DNA of 61,205 bases, filler included, from Chiloscyllium plagiosum (Eukaryota): the NCBI RefSeq assembly GCF_004010195.1. It is 4 parts of one record of this genome, joined end to end, with 100 filler letters (N's around TTAATTAATTAA, not from the genome) between each part and the next. Parts side by side here need not be neighbours in the genome. Positions count along the whole stretch, not along the records: positions 39,943 to 48,328 come from NC_057717.1; positions 48,429 to 61,205 come from NC_057717.1; 2 more parts are not named here. One strand, given 5' to 3'. Below, piece by piece: positions 48,200 through 61,205 of this stretch; the stretch's first letter is position 1, and each line of letters starts with the position of its first letter. Below the pieces are notes generated by a model, which saw nothing but the letters and a program-made list of their open reading frames with translations, ran no database searches and was not told where the DNA came from. The position numbers and the translations under genes were made by a program.

Positions 48200-48712
48200 C
48201 TCACACACGCTCACATACACACACACCCCACACACACACACCCCACACACACAGACCTCACACACACACCACACACACACATCCCACACACACACACCCC
48301 ACACACAAACACCCCACACACACACACCNNNNNNNNNNNNNNNNNNNNNNNNNNNNNNNNNNNNNNNNNNNNTTAATTAATTAANNNNNNNNNNNNNNNN
48401 NNNNNNNNNNNNNNNNNNNNNNNNNNNNCCACCAGTCTGACCCTCAACACCCCCAGCCTGACCCTCACCGCCCCCCAGCCTGACCCTCACGGCCCTTCAC
48501 ACACCGGCCCCGGTCTTAACGTCACCGCCGTTCACACACCGTCCCCAGACTGAACCTCACTGTCGTCCACACACCGCCCCCACCTGACCCTCATCGCCGT
48601 CCATGAACCACCCACAGCCTGACCCTCACCGCCGTTCACAAACCGATCCAAGCCTGTACCTCACCGCCGCCCAATACTGCCACCAGTCTGACCCGCAACG
48701 CCACCAGTCTGA
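48200..48712. repeat. CA-rich tract, gap, then C-rich CCAGCCTGACCCTCACCGCC-type short tandem repeat
   Basis: CTGACCCTCA motif recurs about 10 times in 48429-48712. Confidence 0.8.
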
Positions 48713-48749
48713 GTGGCAATCTGATGGAACTACATCAGATTCCATGGAA

Positions 48750-51700
48750 TCTCTGAGACTATCCGGCTGACAAACGCTGACCCTCTCTGACACTCTCCGA
48801 GATACAGTATGACTCACTGTGCCACACTCTCTCTCTCTGACACACTCTGTAATACACTGAAACCATCTCTGACAGACTGTGCCACACTGTGACACTCTCT
48901 GTGACACACTGTGATACTCTCTGATCCTCTCTGACACTCTCTGAGATGCACGGTAATACTCTTTGACAGACTGTGACAGACTGTGACACACTATGACACT
49001 CTATGATTATCTCTGACACTCTGTGACACTCCATGACAATCCTCTGACACTCTGAAACACACTGTGTCGCTCTCTGAAAAACAATGACACACTCTTACAC
49101 TCTCTGACGCTCTCTCAGGCACCCTGTATCACTCTCTGAGACACCATAACATTCTCTGACAGACTGTGGCCCTCCCTGTGACCCTCTCTGACACTCTCTG
49201 AGACACAGTATGACTCAATGTGACACTCTCTCACTCTTTCTGTCACTCTCTGAGACACACTGTAACACTTACTGACAGACTGTGACCCTCTCTGAGACAA
49301 GCTCTTCCACTATTTGAGACACACTGTGACACACTCTGACCCTCGCTGAGACAGAATGTGACACCCTCTGACTCTCTCTGAGGCACAGTATGACACACTG
49401 TGACACTCTCCGACTCTCTCTGAGGCACACTGTGAAACTCTCAGACACACTGTGACAAACTGTGACACTCTCCGACTTTCTCTGTCACTCTCTTAGACAC
49501 ATTGTGACTCTCTCTGTCTCTCCCTGAGACTCAGTGTGACACTCTCTGACTCTCTCTGACCCTCTCTGAGACACACTGTAACATTCTCTGACAGACTGTG
49601 ACCCTCTCTGAGACAAACTCTGACACTCTTTGAGACACACTGTGACACATTCTGACCCTCGTTGAGACAGAATGTGACACTCTCTGACACTCTCTGACAC
49701 TCTCTGAGGCACACTCTGACACTCTCTGACAGAATGCGACAAACAGGGACACTCTCCGACTTTCTCTGACACTCTCTTAGACACACAGTGACACTCTCTG
49801 CCTCTCTATGATACTCTCTGAGATTCAGTGTGACACTCTCTGAGTCTCTCTCATCCTGTCTGAGACACACTGTGATACTTTCTGACTCTTTCTGTCACTC
49901 TCTGAGACATACTGTAACATTCTCTGACAGACTGTGACCCTCTCTGAGACAAACACTGACCCTCTCTGACACTCTCTGAGACACAGTATAACTCACTGTG
50001 GCACTCTCTGACATACTCTGAAATCTACTGTATCCTTCTCTGACAGACTGTGACACACTCGGACACTTTCTGATTCGCTCTGACTCTCTTAGACACACTG
50101 TGACACTCTCTGACACTCTCTGAGACTCTCTGAGATGCACGGTAATACGCTCTGACAGACTGTGATACACTACGACACTCTCCTAGACACACTGTGACGC
50201 TCTCTGACAATCTCTGACACTCTGAGACAACCTGTGATACTCTATGACTTTCTCTGACACTCTGAAACACACTGTGACACTCTCTGACTTACTGTGACAC
50301 ACTGTGACACTCTCCGACTCTCTCCGAGGCACACTGTGACACTCTTAGACAGACTGTAACAAGCTGTGACACTCTCCGACTTTCTCTGACACTCAGTTAG
50401 ATACACTGTGACACTCTCTGCCTCTCTCTGATACTCTCTGAAACTCAGTGTGACACTCTCTGACTCTCTCTGACCCTCTCTGAGATGCACTGTGACACTT
50501 TCTGACTCTGTCTGTCACTCTCTGAGACACACTGTAACATTCTCTGACAGACTGTGGCCCTCTCTGAGACAAACGCTGACCCTCTCAGACACTCTCCGAG
50601 ACACATTATGACTTAATGTGACACACTCTGTCTCTCTGACACACTCTGTAATACACTGTAACCATCTCTGACAGACTGTGACACTCTCTGAGACACACTG
50701 TGATACTCTCTGATCCTCTCTGACACTCTGAGATGCACGGTAATACTCTCTGACAGACTGTGACAGACTGTGACATACTATGACACTCTCTTAGACACAC
50801 TGTGACACTCTCTGACTATCTCTGACACTCTGAGACACACTGTGACACTCTGTGACAATCCTCTGACACTCCGAAGCACACTGTGTCGCTCTCTGACAAA
50901 CAATGACACACTGTTACACTCTCTGACTCTTTCTGTCACTCTCTGAGAAACACTGTAACATTCTCTGACAGACTGTGGAACTCTCTGAGACAAACGCTGA
51001 CTCTCTGACACTCTTTGAGACACACTGTGACACATTCTGACCCTCGTTTCTCTGACACTCTTTGAGACACACTGTGACACATTCTGACCCTCGTTGAGAC
51101 AGAATGTGACACTTTCTGACTCTCTCTGACCCTCTCTGAGACACACTGTGACACTTTCTAGACTCTTTCTGTCACTCTCTGAGGCACACTGTAACATTCT
51201 CTGACAGACTTTGACCCTCTCTGAGACAAACACTGACCCTCTTTGACACTCTCTGAGACACAGCATGACTCACTATGATACTCTCTGACATACTCTGAAA
51301 TATACTGTAACCTTCTCTGACAGACTGTGACACACTGTGACACTTTATGACTCGCTCTGACTCTCCGAGACACACTGACATTCTCTGAGACACACTGTGA
51401 CACTCTCTGACCCTCTCTGACACTCTCTGAGATGCACGGTAAAACGCTCCGACAGACTGTGACAGACTGTGACACACTATGACACTCTCTTAGATACACT
51501 GTGACACTCTCTGACTATCTCTGACACTCTGAGACAACATGTCACACTATGTGACTTTCTCTGACACTCTGAAACACACTGTGACACTCTCTGACAGACT
51601 ATGACACTCTCTGACAATCTCTGAGTCACACTGTGTCACTCCTTGACTGACTGTGACACACTGTGACACTCTCTGACACTCTCTTCGATGCAGTGTGACA

Positions 51701-54700
51701 CTATCTGATCCTATCTGATACTCTGGGAAACACTGTGACGCTGTATAACCCTCTCTGACACTCTCTGAGACACACTGCGACACTCACTGTCTCTCTCTGA
51801 CACTCACCGAGGCACAGTATGACACACTGTGACACTATCCGACTCTCTCTGAGGCACACTGTGACACTCTCTGTCTCTCTCTCTCTGACACTCTCTGAGA
51901 CTCAGTGTGACACTCTCTGACTTTCTCTGACACTCTCTGAGACTCAGTGTGACACGCTCTGACTCTCTCAGTCACTATCTGAGACACACTGTGACACTCT
52001 CTCACTAACTGTGACCCTCTCTCAGACAAACGCTGACCCTCTCTGACACTCTCTGAGACAACGTATGACTCACTGTGACACTGCCTGACTCTCTCTGACA
52101 CACTCTGAAATACACGGTAACTTCTCTGACAGACTGTGACACACTGTGACACTCTCTGACTCTCTCTGACACTGTCTTAACCACACTGTGCTACTCTAAG
52201 TCTCTCTGACACTCTCTGAGGTTCAGTGTGACACTTTCTGACACTCTCTAACACTAGCGGAGACACACTGTGACACTGTCTCACTAACTGTTGTCCTCTC
52301 TGAGACAAACGCTGTCCCGTTCTGACACTCTCTAAGACACAGTATGACTCACTGTGACACTCCCTGACTCTCCCTGAAACAGTCTGAAATATACTGTAAC
52401 CTTCTCTGACATACTGAGACACACATGTTATGACTCTCTCTGACACTCTGAGACACACTGTGACACTCTTTGAGACACACTGTGACACTGTCTGACCCTC
52501 TCTGACGCTCTCTGAGACACACTGTAACACTCTCTGACTCTCTCTGACACTCTCTGAGACACACTATGACACTTTCTGACAGTCTGTGAAACACTGACAT
52601 TCTCTGACTTTCTCTGACACTCTCTGCGGCACACTGCGACACTCTCTGACCTTCTCTGACACTCTCTGAGACGCACTAGGACATTCTCTGACAGACTGTA
52701 ATACACTGTGACACTCTGATGATCTATGACACTCTGACGATCTCTGACACTCTGAGACACACTGTGACATCTTGAGACTCTCTCTGACACTTTGACACAC
52801 TCTCCGACGCTCTCTGAGACACACTGTAACACTCTCCGAGACTCTCTGAGTCACACAATGACACTGTTTGACAGACTATGACACACTGTGACATTCTCTG
52901 ACTCTCTCTAAGGCATATGGAACACTCTCTGACAGGCTGTGACAGACTGTGACACACTGTGACACTCTCTTAGACACACTGTGACACTCTCTGACTATCT
53001 CTGACACTCTGAGACACACTGTGACATTCTCTGGGACATACTATGACACTCTCTGACAGACTATGAAACTCTGTGACAATCTCTGAATTTGATTCTCTCG
53101 TGACGCTCTCTGGCAGACTGTGACAGACTGTGACAAACTGTGACACTCTCTTAAACACACTGTGACACTCGCTGACTATCTCTGACACAGTCTGAGACAC
53201 TGTGACACTCTGTGACTCTCTCTGATCCTGTTTGAGACACACTGTAACACTCTCTGACTCTCTCTCTGACACTCTCTGAGACTCACTGTGACACTCTCTG
53301 ACCCTCTCTGAGGCACACTGTAACCCTCTATGACTCTGTTTGACACTCTCTGAGACAGACTATGACACTCTCTGACCCTCTCTGAGACACACTGTAGCAT
53401 TCTCTGACTCTCTCTGTCACTCTGAGAAACACTGTGGCATTCTCTGACTTTCTGTGACACTCTCTGAGGCACACTGTGACACTCTCTGACAGACTGTGAC
53501 ACACTGACCCTCGCTGAAACAGACTGTGACACTCTCTGCCGCTCTCTGACACTCTCGTCGACACACTGTGACTCACTCTGACTCTCTGACTCTCTCTGAC
53601 ACTCTGAGACACATTTGACAATCTGTAACTCTCTCTGACACTCTGGAACACGCTGTGACACACTCTGTCCCTCTTTGACACTCTCTGAAACACACTGTGA
53701 CACTCTCTGACAGACTGTGACACTCTCCGTGACACACTGTTACACTATCTGACACACTGTGACACTCTCTGACACACGATGACATTTTCTGAGACACTGT
53801 GACACTCTCAGAGACACACTGTGACATTCTCTGAATATCTCTGACTCTCTGAGACACACTGTGACAGTCTCTGAGACATACTATGAAATTCTGTGACACT
53901 CTGACTTTGACTCTCTCTGATGCACACTGTGACACTCTCTGACAGATTGTGACACACTCTGACACCCTGTGACACTCTCTTAGACACACTGTGACACTGG
54001 CTTACTAAATCTGACACGCTCTGAGACACACTGTGACACTCTGTGACTCTCTCTATCGCTCTGAGACACACGTGACACTCTCTGACACTCTCTGAGACAC
54101 ACTATGATAATCTCTGTCCCTCTCTGAGACACACTGTAACAGTCTCTGATTCTATCCGACACTCTGATACTCACTATGACACTCTCTGACAGACTATGAC
54201 ACACTGTGACACACTCTGGCACTCGGTGAGACAGACTGTGACTCTCTGACGCTTTCTGACACACTCTTAGATACACTGTGACTCTCTTTGACTCTCTCCG
54301 ACACTCTGAGACACACAGTGATACTCTCTGTCCCTCCCTGACACTCTCTGGAACACACTGTGACACTCTCTGACCGACTGTGACACTCTCTGTGACACAC
54401 TGTTACACTCTCTGACACACTGTGAGACTCTCTGACACACGCTGACATTTTCTGAAACACTGTGACACCCTCTGAGACGCACTGTAACACTCTCTGTCTC
54501 TCGCTGACTCTCTGAGACACACTGTGACATTCTCTCACAAACACTGTGACACTTTCTGCCTCTCTCTGAGACCATCGTTCACTCTCTGAGACACACGGTG
54601 ACATTTTTTGACTCTCTCTCACACTCTCTGAGACACACTGTGACACTGTCTGACTCTTTCGGAGACACACTGTGATGTCTCGGACACTCTGAGACACGCT

Positions 54701-57700
54701 GTGACATTTTCTGACTCTCTCTCACACTCTCTGAGACACACTGTGACTCTCTATGACACTCTGATACACACTGTGACACACTCTGACCCTCTCTGACGCA
54801 CTCTGTGACAGAGTGTGAGAAACACTGTGACTGACTGTGACACTTTCTGTGACCCACATGAAACTCTTTGAACGACTGTGACTGAGACACTGTGACTCAC
54901 TGTGAGACACACTATGACACTTTCTGTCTCTCTCTGACTCCCTGAGATACACTGTGACACTCTCTGACCCACTCTGACACAGACTGTGACACTCTCTGAG
55001 GCAGAGAACAATACACTGTGACACTCTCTGACAGACTGTGAGAAACTTTGACACTTACTCAGAAACTATCTTATACACACTGTGACACTTTCTGACGCTC
55101 TGAGACACTCTGTGACACTCTCTGAGGCACAGCGCAATACACTGTGATACTCTGACAGATTGTGACAAACTATGTCACTCTCTGACTTTCTGAGACACTC
55201 TCTGAGGCACACTGTGACACTCTCTGACCCTCTCTGAGACAGAATGTGACACTCTCTGACTCTCTCTGAGATAGACTGTGACACTCTCTGACTCTCTCTG
55301 ACATTCTCTGACACACAGCACGACACACTGTGACACTCTCCGACTCTCTGAGGCACAGCACGATACACTGTGACACTCTCTGACAGACTGTGACAAATTG
55401 TGACACTCTCTGACGTTCTCTGACACTCTCTTAGACACATTGTGAAACTATCTCTCTCTCTCTCTGACACTCTCTGAGATTCAGTGTGACACTCTCTGAC
55501 TCTCTGATCCTCTCTGAGACACATGTAATATTCTCTCACAGACTGTTACCCTGTGTGAGACAAATGCTGACCCTCTCTGATACTCTCTGAGACAATGTAT
55601 GACTCACTGTGACACTGTCTGACTCTCCCTGACACACTCTGAAATACATTGTAACCTTCTCTGACAGACTGCGACATACAGTGACACTACCTGAGACACA
55701 CTGTGACACTTTCAGACTCTATCTGACACTCTCTGAAACACACTGTGACACTTTCTATACACAGTGTGACACTCTCTGACCCTTTCTGACACTCTCTGAG
55801 ACATAGTGTAACACGGTCTGACGCTCACTGACACTCTCTGAGACACACGTTTCGACACTCTCTGACAGACTATGACACACTGTGACATTCTCTGACTTTC
55901 TCTGATACTCTCTGACGCACACTGTGACACTCTCTGACAGACTGTGACACACTGTGACACATTCTGACAATCTCTGAGACAGACTGTGACACTCTCTGAC
56001 GCTGTCTGACCCTCTCTTAGACCCACCTTGATACTCTGTGACTCTCTCTGGCACTCTGAACACACTGTGACACTCTCTGACCTCTCTGACCCTCTCTGAG
56101 ACGCACTGTGAAACACTCTGACACACTGTGACACTCTCTGACCAACTGTGACAATCTCTGACACATGGTGACATTCTATGAGACACTGTGACACTCTCTG
56201 AGGCACACTGTGACATTTACTGTCTCACTCTGACTCTCTGAGACGCACTGTGACACTATCAGAGACACACTTTGGCACTCTCTGACACTCTCCCTGACAC
56301 TCTGAGACACACTGTGGCACTCTGTGACTTTCCCTGACGCTCTGAGACACCACTGTGAAATTCTCTGCCCCTCTCTCTCACTCTCTGAGACACCTTGTGA
56401 CAGTCTCTGACAGACTGTGACACTCTCTGTGACACACTGTGACACACTCTGACCCTCGCTGAGACAGAATGTGACACCTTCTGACTCTCTCTGAGGCACA
56501 GTATGACACATTGTGACACTCTCTGACTCTCTCTGAGGCACACTGTGAAACTCTCAGACACACTGTGACAAACTGTGACACTCTCCGACTTTCTCTGACA
56601 CTCTCTTAGACAGACTGTGACACTCTCTGTCTCTCTCTCTCTGAGACTCAGTGTGACACTCTCTGACTCTCTCTGACCCTCTCTGAGATACACTAACATT
56701 CTCTGACAGACTGTGACCCTCTCTGTGACAAACACTGACCCTCTCTGAAACTCTCTGAGACACAGTTTGACTCACTGTACACTCTATGACACATTTTGAA
56801 ATATACTGTAACCTTCTCTGACAGACTGTGACACACTGTGACACTCTCTGAGACACATTGTGACACTTTCTGACTCGCTCTGACTCTCTGAGACACACTG
56901 TGCCATTCTCTGAGACAAACGCTGACCCTCTCTGACTCTCTCTGACACTCTCTGAGACAGAATGTGACACTCTCTCACTCTTTCTCACTCTCTGAGACAC
57001 ACTGTAACACTCACTGACAGACTGTGACCCTCTCTGAGACAAACTCTGACCAACTCTGACAGTCTCTTAGACGCACTGTGACACACTCTGACCTTCGCTG
57101 AGACAGACTGTGACCCTCTCTAAGACTAACGCTGACACTCTCTGACACTCTCTGAGGCACAGTATGACTCACTGTGAGACTCTCTGACTCTCTGACACAC
57201 TCCGTAATACACTGTAACCTTCTCTGACAGACTGTGACACACTGTGACACTCTCTGATCCTCTCTTAAACTCTTTGAGACAGACTGTGACACACTGTGAC
57301 ACATTCTGACCCTCGCTAAGACAGAATGTTACACTCTCTGCCACTATCTGAGACACAGTATGACACACTGTGACACTCTCTGACTCTGTCTGAGGCAGAC
57401 TGTGACACTCTCTGACAGACTGTGACAAATTGTGACACTCTCCGACTTTCTCTGACACTCTCTTAGACACTCTGCGATATTCTGTCTCTCTCTGACACTC
57501 TCTGAAACTCGGTGTGACACTCTCTGATTCTCTCTGACCCTCTCTGAGACACACGTTGACACTTTCTGACTCTCTGTCACTCTGCGACACACTGTAACAT
57601 TCTCTGACAGACTGGGTCCCTCTCTGAGACAAACGCTGACCCTCTCTGACACTCTCTGAGACACAGTATGACTCACCGTGACACTCTCTGACTCTCTCTG

Positions 57701-60426
57701 ACACACTTTGAAATACACTGTAACCTTCTCTGACAGACTGTGACACTCTCTGAGATACACTATGATACTTTCTGACTCTATCTGACTCTCTGAGACACAC
57801 TGTAACACTCTCTGAGACACACGGTGACACTCTCTGACCTTCTCGGGCACTTTCTGAGATATGCAGTAATACTCTCTGACAGACTGTGACACACTATGAC
57901 ACTGTCATAGACACACTGTGACACTCTCTATCTCTGATACTCTGTGACTCTCTCTGACACTCTGAAACTCACTGTGACACTCTCTGACAGATTATGACAC
58001 AATGTAAAACTCTCGGACACACTCTGAGGCACACTGTGTCACTCTCTGACAGACTGTGACACACTCTGACACTGTCTTAGACACACTGTGACACGCTGTG
58101 ACTCTCTCTGACACTCTGAGACACACTGTGTCACTCTCTGACAGACTGTGACACACTCTGACACTATCTTAGACACACTGTGACACGCTGTGACCCTCTC
58201 TGACACTCTCTCAAATAAACAGTGACACTCTCTGACAGGCTGTGACACTCACTGGCAGACTGTAACACACTGTGACACTCTCTGGCACCCTCCACAACAC
58301 GCTATGAGTCTGATGCTTTGTGACTCTCTCTGTCCGACTGTGACACTGTCTGACACATGGTGACATTTTCTGAGACATTGTGACACTCTCTGAGACACAC
58401 TGTGGCACTTTCTGACGCACTCTGATTCTCTGAGACACACTGTGACACATTCTGACCTTCTCTAACACCCTCTAAGGCACAGTACGACACACCGAGACAC
58501 AGTTTGTCACTCTCGGAGGCACACTGTGACAGTCTCTGACAGACAGTGACACTCTCTTACACTCTCTCAGACACACAGTGACACTTTCTGACTATCTGAG
58601 ACTCACTGAGGCACACTATGATACTCTCTGAGACACACTGTGACAATTTCCGACGCACTCTGACTCTCTGAGACACACTGTGACACACTCTTACCTTCTC
58701 TGACACCCTCTGAGGCACAGTACGACACACCGACACAGTTTGTCACTCTCTGAGGCACACTGTGACAGTCTCTGACAGACAGTGACACTCTCCTACACTC
58801 TCTGAGACACACTGTGACACTCTCGGACAGACAGTGACACTGTCTTACACTCTGTGGGACACACTCTGACACTTTCTGACACTCTGAGACACATTGTGAC
58901 ACTCTCTGAGACACACTGTAACACTCTCTGACTCACTCTGAGGCACAGCACAATACACAGTGACTCACAGTATGACTCACTGTGACACTCTCTGTGTCTC
59001 TCTGAGACTCTATGTGGTAATCTCTGACTTCCTCTGACCCTCTCTGAGACACTGAGACACTCTCTGACTCTCACTGACAATCTCAGAGGCACGCTGGGAC
59101 ACTCTCTGACAGACTGTGACACACTGTGACCGTCCACGACTCTGTCAGACTCTCTCTTAGACGCACTGTGACAATCTCTGACTCTCTCTAACATTCTGAG
59201 ACGCACTGTCACACTCTCTGACCCTATCTGACACTCTCTGAGACACACTGTGACACTCTCTGACAGACAATGACACTCTCTTACACTCTCTGAGACACAC
59301 TGTGACACTTTCTGACTATCTGAGACTCACTGAGGCACACTCTGACACTCTCTGAGGCACACTGTGACACTCTCCGACATTCTCTGACACTCTCTTAGAC
59401 ATACTGTGACACTCTGTGTTTCTCTCCGACATTCTCTGAGACTCAGTGTTACACTCTCTGACTCTCTCTCATCCTCTCTGAGACACACTGTGACACTTTC
59501 TGACTCTTTCTGTCACACTCTGAGACACACTGTAACATTCTCTGACAGACTGTGTACATCTTTGAGACAAACGCTGACCCTCTCTGACACTCTCTGAGAC
59601 AAAGTATGACTCACTGTGACACTCTCGGACACACTCTGAAATACACTGTAAACTTCACTGACAGACTGCGACATACTGTGACACTCTCTAAGACACACTG
59701 TGACACTTTCGGACTCTCTCTGACTCTCTGAGACAGGCTGTGACAATCTCTGAGACACGCTGTGACACTTTCTGACTCTCTCTGACTCTCTGTGACACAC
59801 TATGACGTCCTCTGAGACACACTGTGACACTTTCTGACTATCGCTGACTCTGAGGCACAATGTGTCGCTAGCTGAGACACACTGTGACCCTCTCTGACCC
59901 TCTCTGAACCTCTCTGAGACACAGTGTGACACTTTCTGACTCTTTCTGACTCTCTGAGACACACTGTGATACTCTCTGCGACACAGTGTAACACTATCTG
60001 AGACACAGTGTAACACTCTCTGACTCTCTCTGACACTCTCTGAGACACACTATGACAGACTATGACACACTGTGACACATTCTGACACTCTCTGAGACAC
60101 ACTGTGACACTCTATGATGCTCTCTGACACTCTCCTAGATCCACTGTGACACTCTGTGAATCTCTTTGACACTTTGAGACACACTGTGACACTCTCTGAC
60201 CCTCTCTGACACTGTCTGAGGCGCACTGTGAAACTCTCTGACTCTCGCTGACACTCACTAAAACACACTGTGACACTCTCTGATAGAGTGTGACACTCTC
60301 TTTGACACACTGTGACACGCTCTGATACACTGCGACACTCTCTGAGACAGACTGCGACACTTTCCGACTCTCTCCGACAGTCTGAGGCACACTGTGACAC
60401 TCTCTGACTCTCTCTGAGGCACATTG
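48750..60426. repeat. About 11.7-kb complex simple-sequence satellite (TGACACTCTC / TGAGACACAC / TGTGACAC words)
   Basis: Continuous array of 6-10 bp words; runs into a 500-N gap. Confidence 0.95.
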
Positions 60427-60926
60427 NNNNNNNNNNNNNNNNNNNNNNNNNNNNNNNNNNNNNNNNNNNNNNNNNNNNNNNNNNNNNNNNNNNNNNNNNN
60501 NNNNNNNNNNNNNNNNNNNNNNNNNNNNNNNNNNNNNNNNNNNNNNNNNNNNNNNNNNNNNNNNNNNNNNNNNNNNNNNNNNNNNNNNNNNNNNNNNNNN
60601 NNNNNNNNNNNNNNNNNNNNNNNNNNNNNNNNNNNNNNNNNNNNNNNNNNNNNNNNNNNNNNNNNNNNNNNNNNNNNNNNNNNNNNNNNNNNNNNNNNNN
60701 NNNNNNNNNNNNNNNNNNNNNNNNNNNNNNNNNNNNNNNNNNNNNNNNNNNNNNNNNNNNNNNNNNNNNNNNNNNNNNNNNNNNNNNNNNNNNNNNNNNN
60801 NNNNNNNNNNNNNNNNNNNNNNNNNNNNNNNNNNNNNNNNNNNNNNNNNNNNNNNNNNNNNNNNNNNNNNNNNNNNNNNNNNNNNNNNNNNNNNNNNNNN
60901 NNNNNNNNNNNNNNNNNNNNNNNNNN

Positions 60927-61205
60927 AACACTGCAATCATCCGTTCCCGGACTGATCCCTACCCAATAATGCAATCTCCCCCTGCCTGACTGATCCCTAG
61001 CTAACACTGTAAATACACCCTCCCTGAATGCCCCCTGTCCAACACTGCAATGTCCCCCTCCCTAACTGATATGTACTTAACACTGCAAATACCCCCTCCC
61101 TGACTGTCCCGTCCAACACTGTAATCACCCCTTCCCTGACTGATCCCTGCACAACACCACAATCAACCCCACCCTGACTGATCCCTACCCAAACCTGCAA
61201 TCCCC
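60927..61205. repeat. Degenerate ~39-bp C-rich tandem repeat
   Basis: AACACTGCAAT..CCCCTCCCTGACTGATCCCTACCC recurring about 7 times to window end. Confidence 0.8.

Noticed and set aside
48626..61007. Dozens of long minus-strand ORFs rich in S/V/R/E/C/Q
   Set aside because: Translation of simple-sequence satellite and N runs; open in several frames with no domain structure.

Overview
Vertebrate, repeat-dominated genomic DNA. The HE1-type V-SINEs, CR1 LINEs and the style of the ZNF and GPCR genes point to a cartilaginous fish (shark); this is inferred, not searched. One apparently intact gene is present: a two-exon GPR139-like class A GPCR (exon 1 13731-13908, exon 2 27242-28131, 355 aa, TATA box upstream). 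A decayed C2H2 zinc-finger array lies at about 1115-2722. The rest is mobile DNA: many CR1 LINEs (two with the SGNH-esterase ORF1), a Rex1/Babar LINE, Gypsy gag-pro/integrase remnants and LTRs, Tx1- and L1-type 3' ends, V-SINEs and Penelope-like elements, plus four tandem arrays (48-bp, 70-bp, an 11.7-kb TGACAC-type satellite, about 39-bp). The most interesting signal is about 15 minimal type I hammerhead ribozyme motifs (CUGANGA-stem II-GAAA-NUH) in two Penelope-associated families. One family is a young, non-coding ~125-bp ribozyme-headed element that inserts singly or as head-to-head palindromes with 11-17 bp target-site duplications. A four-level nested insertion suggests repeated LINE insertion at one site in a Gypsy LTR. 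Boundaries of old repeats are approximate.
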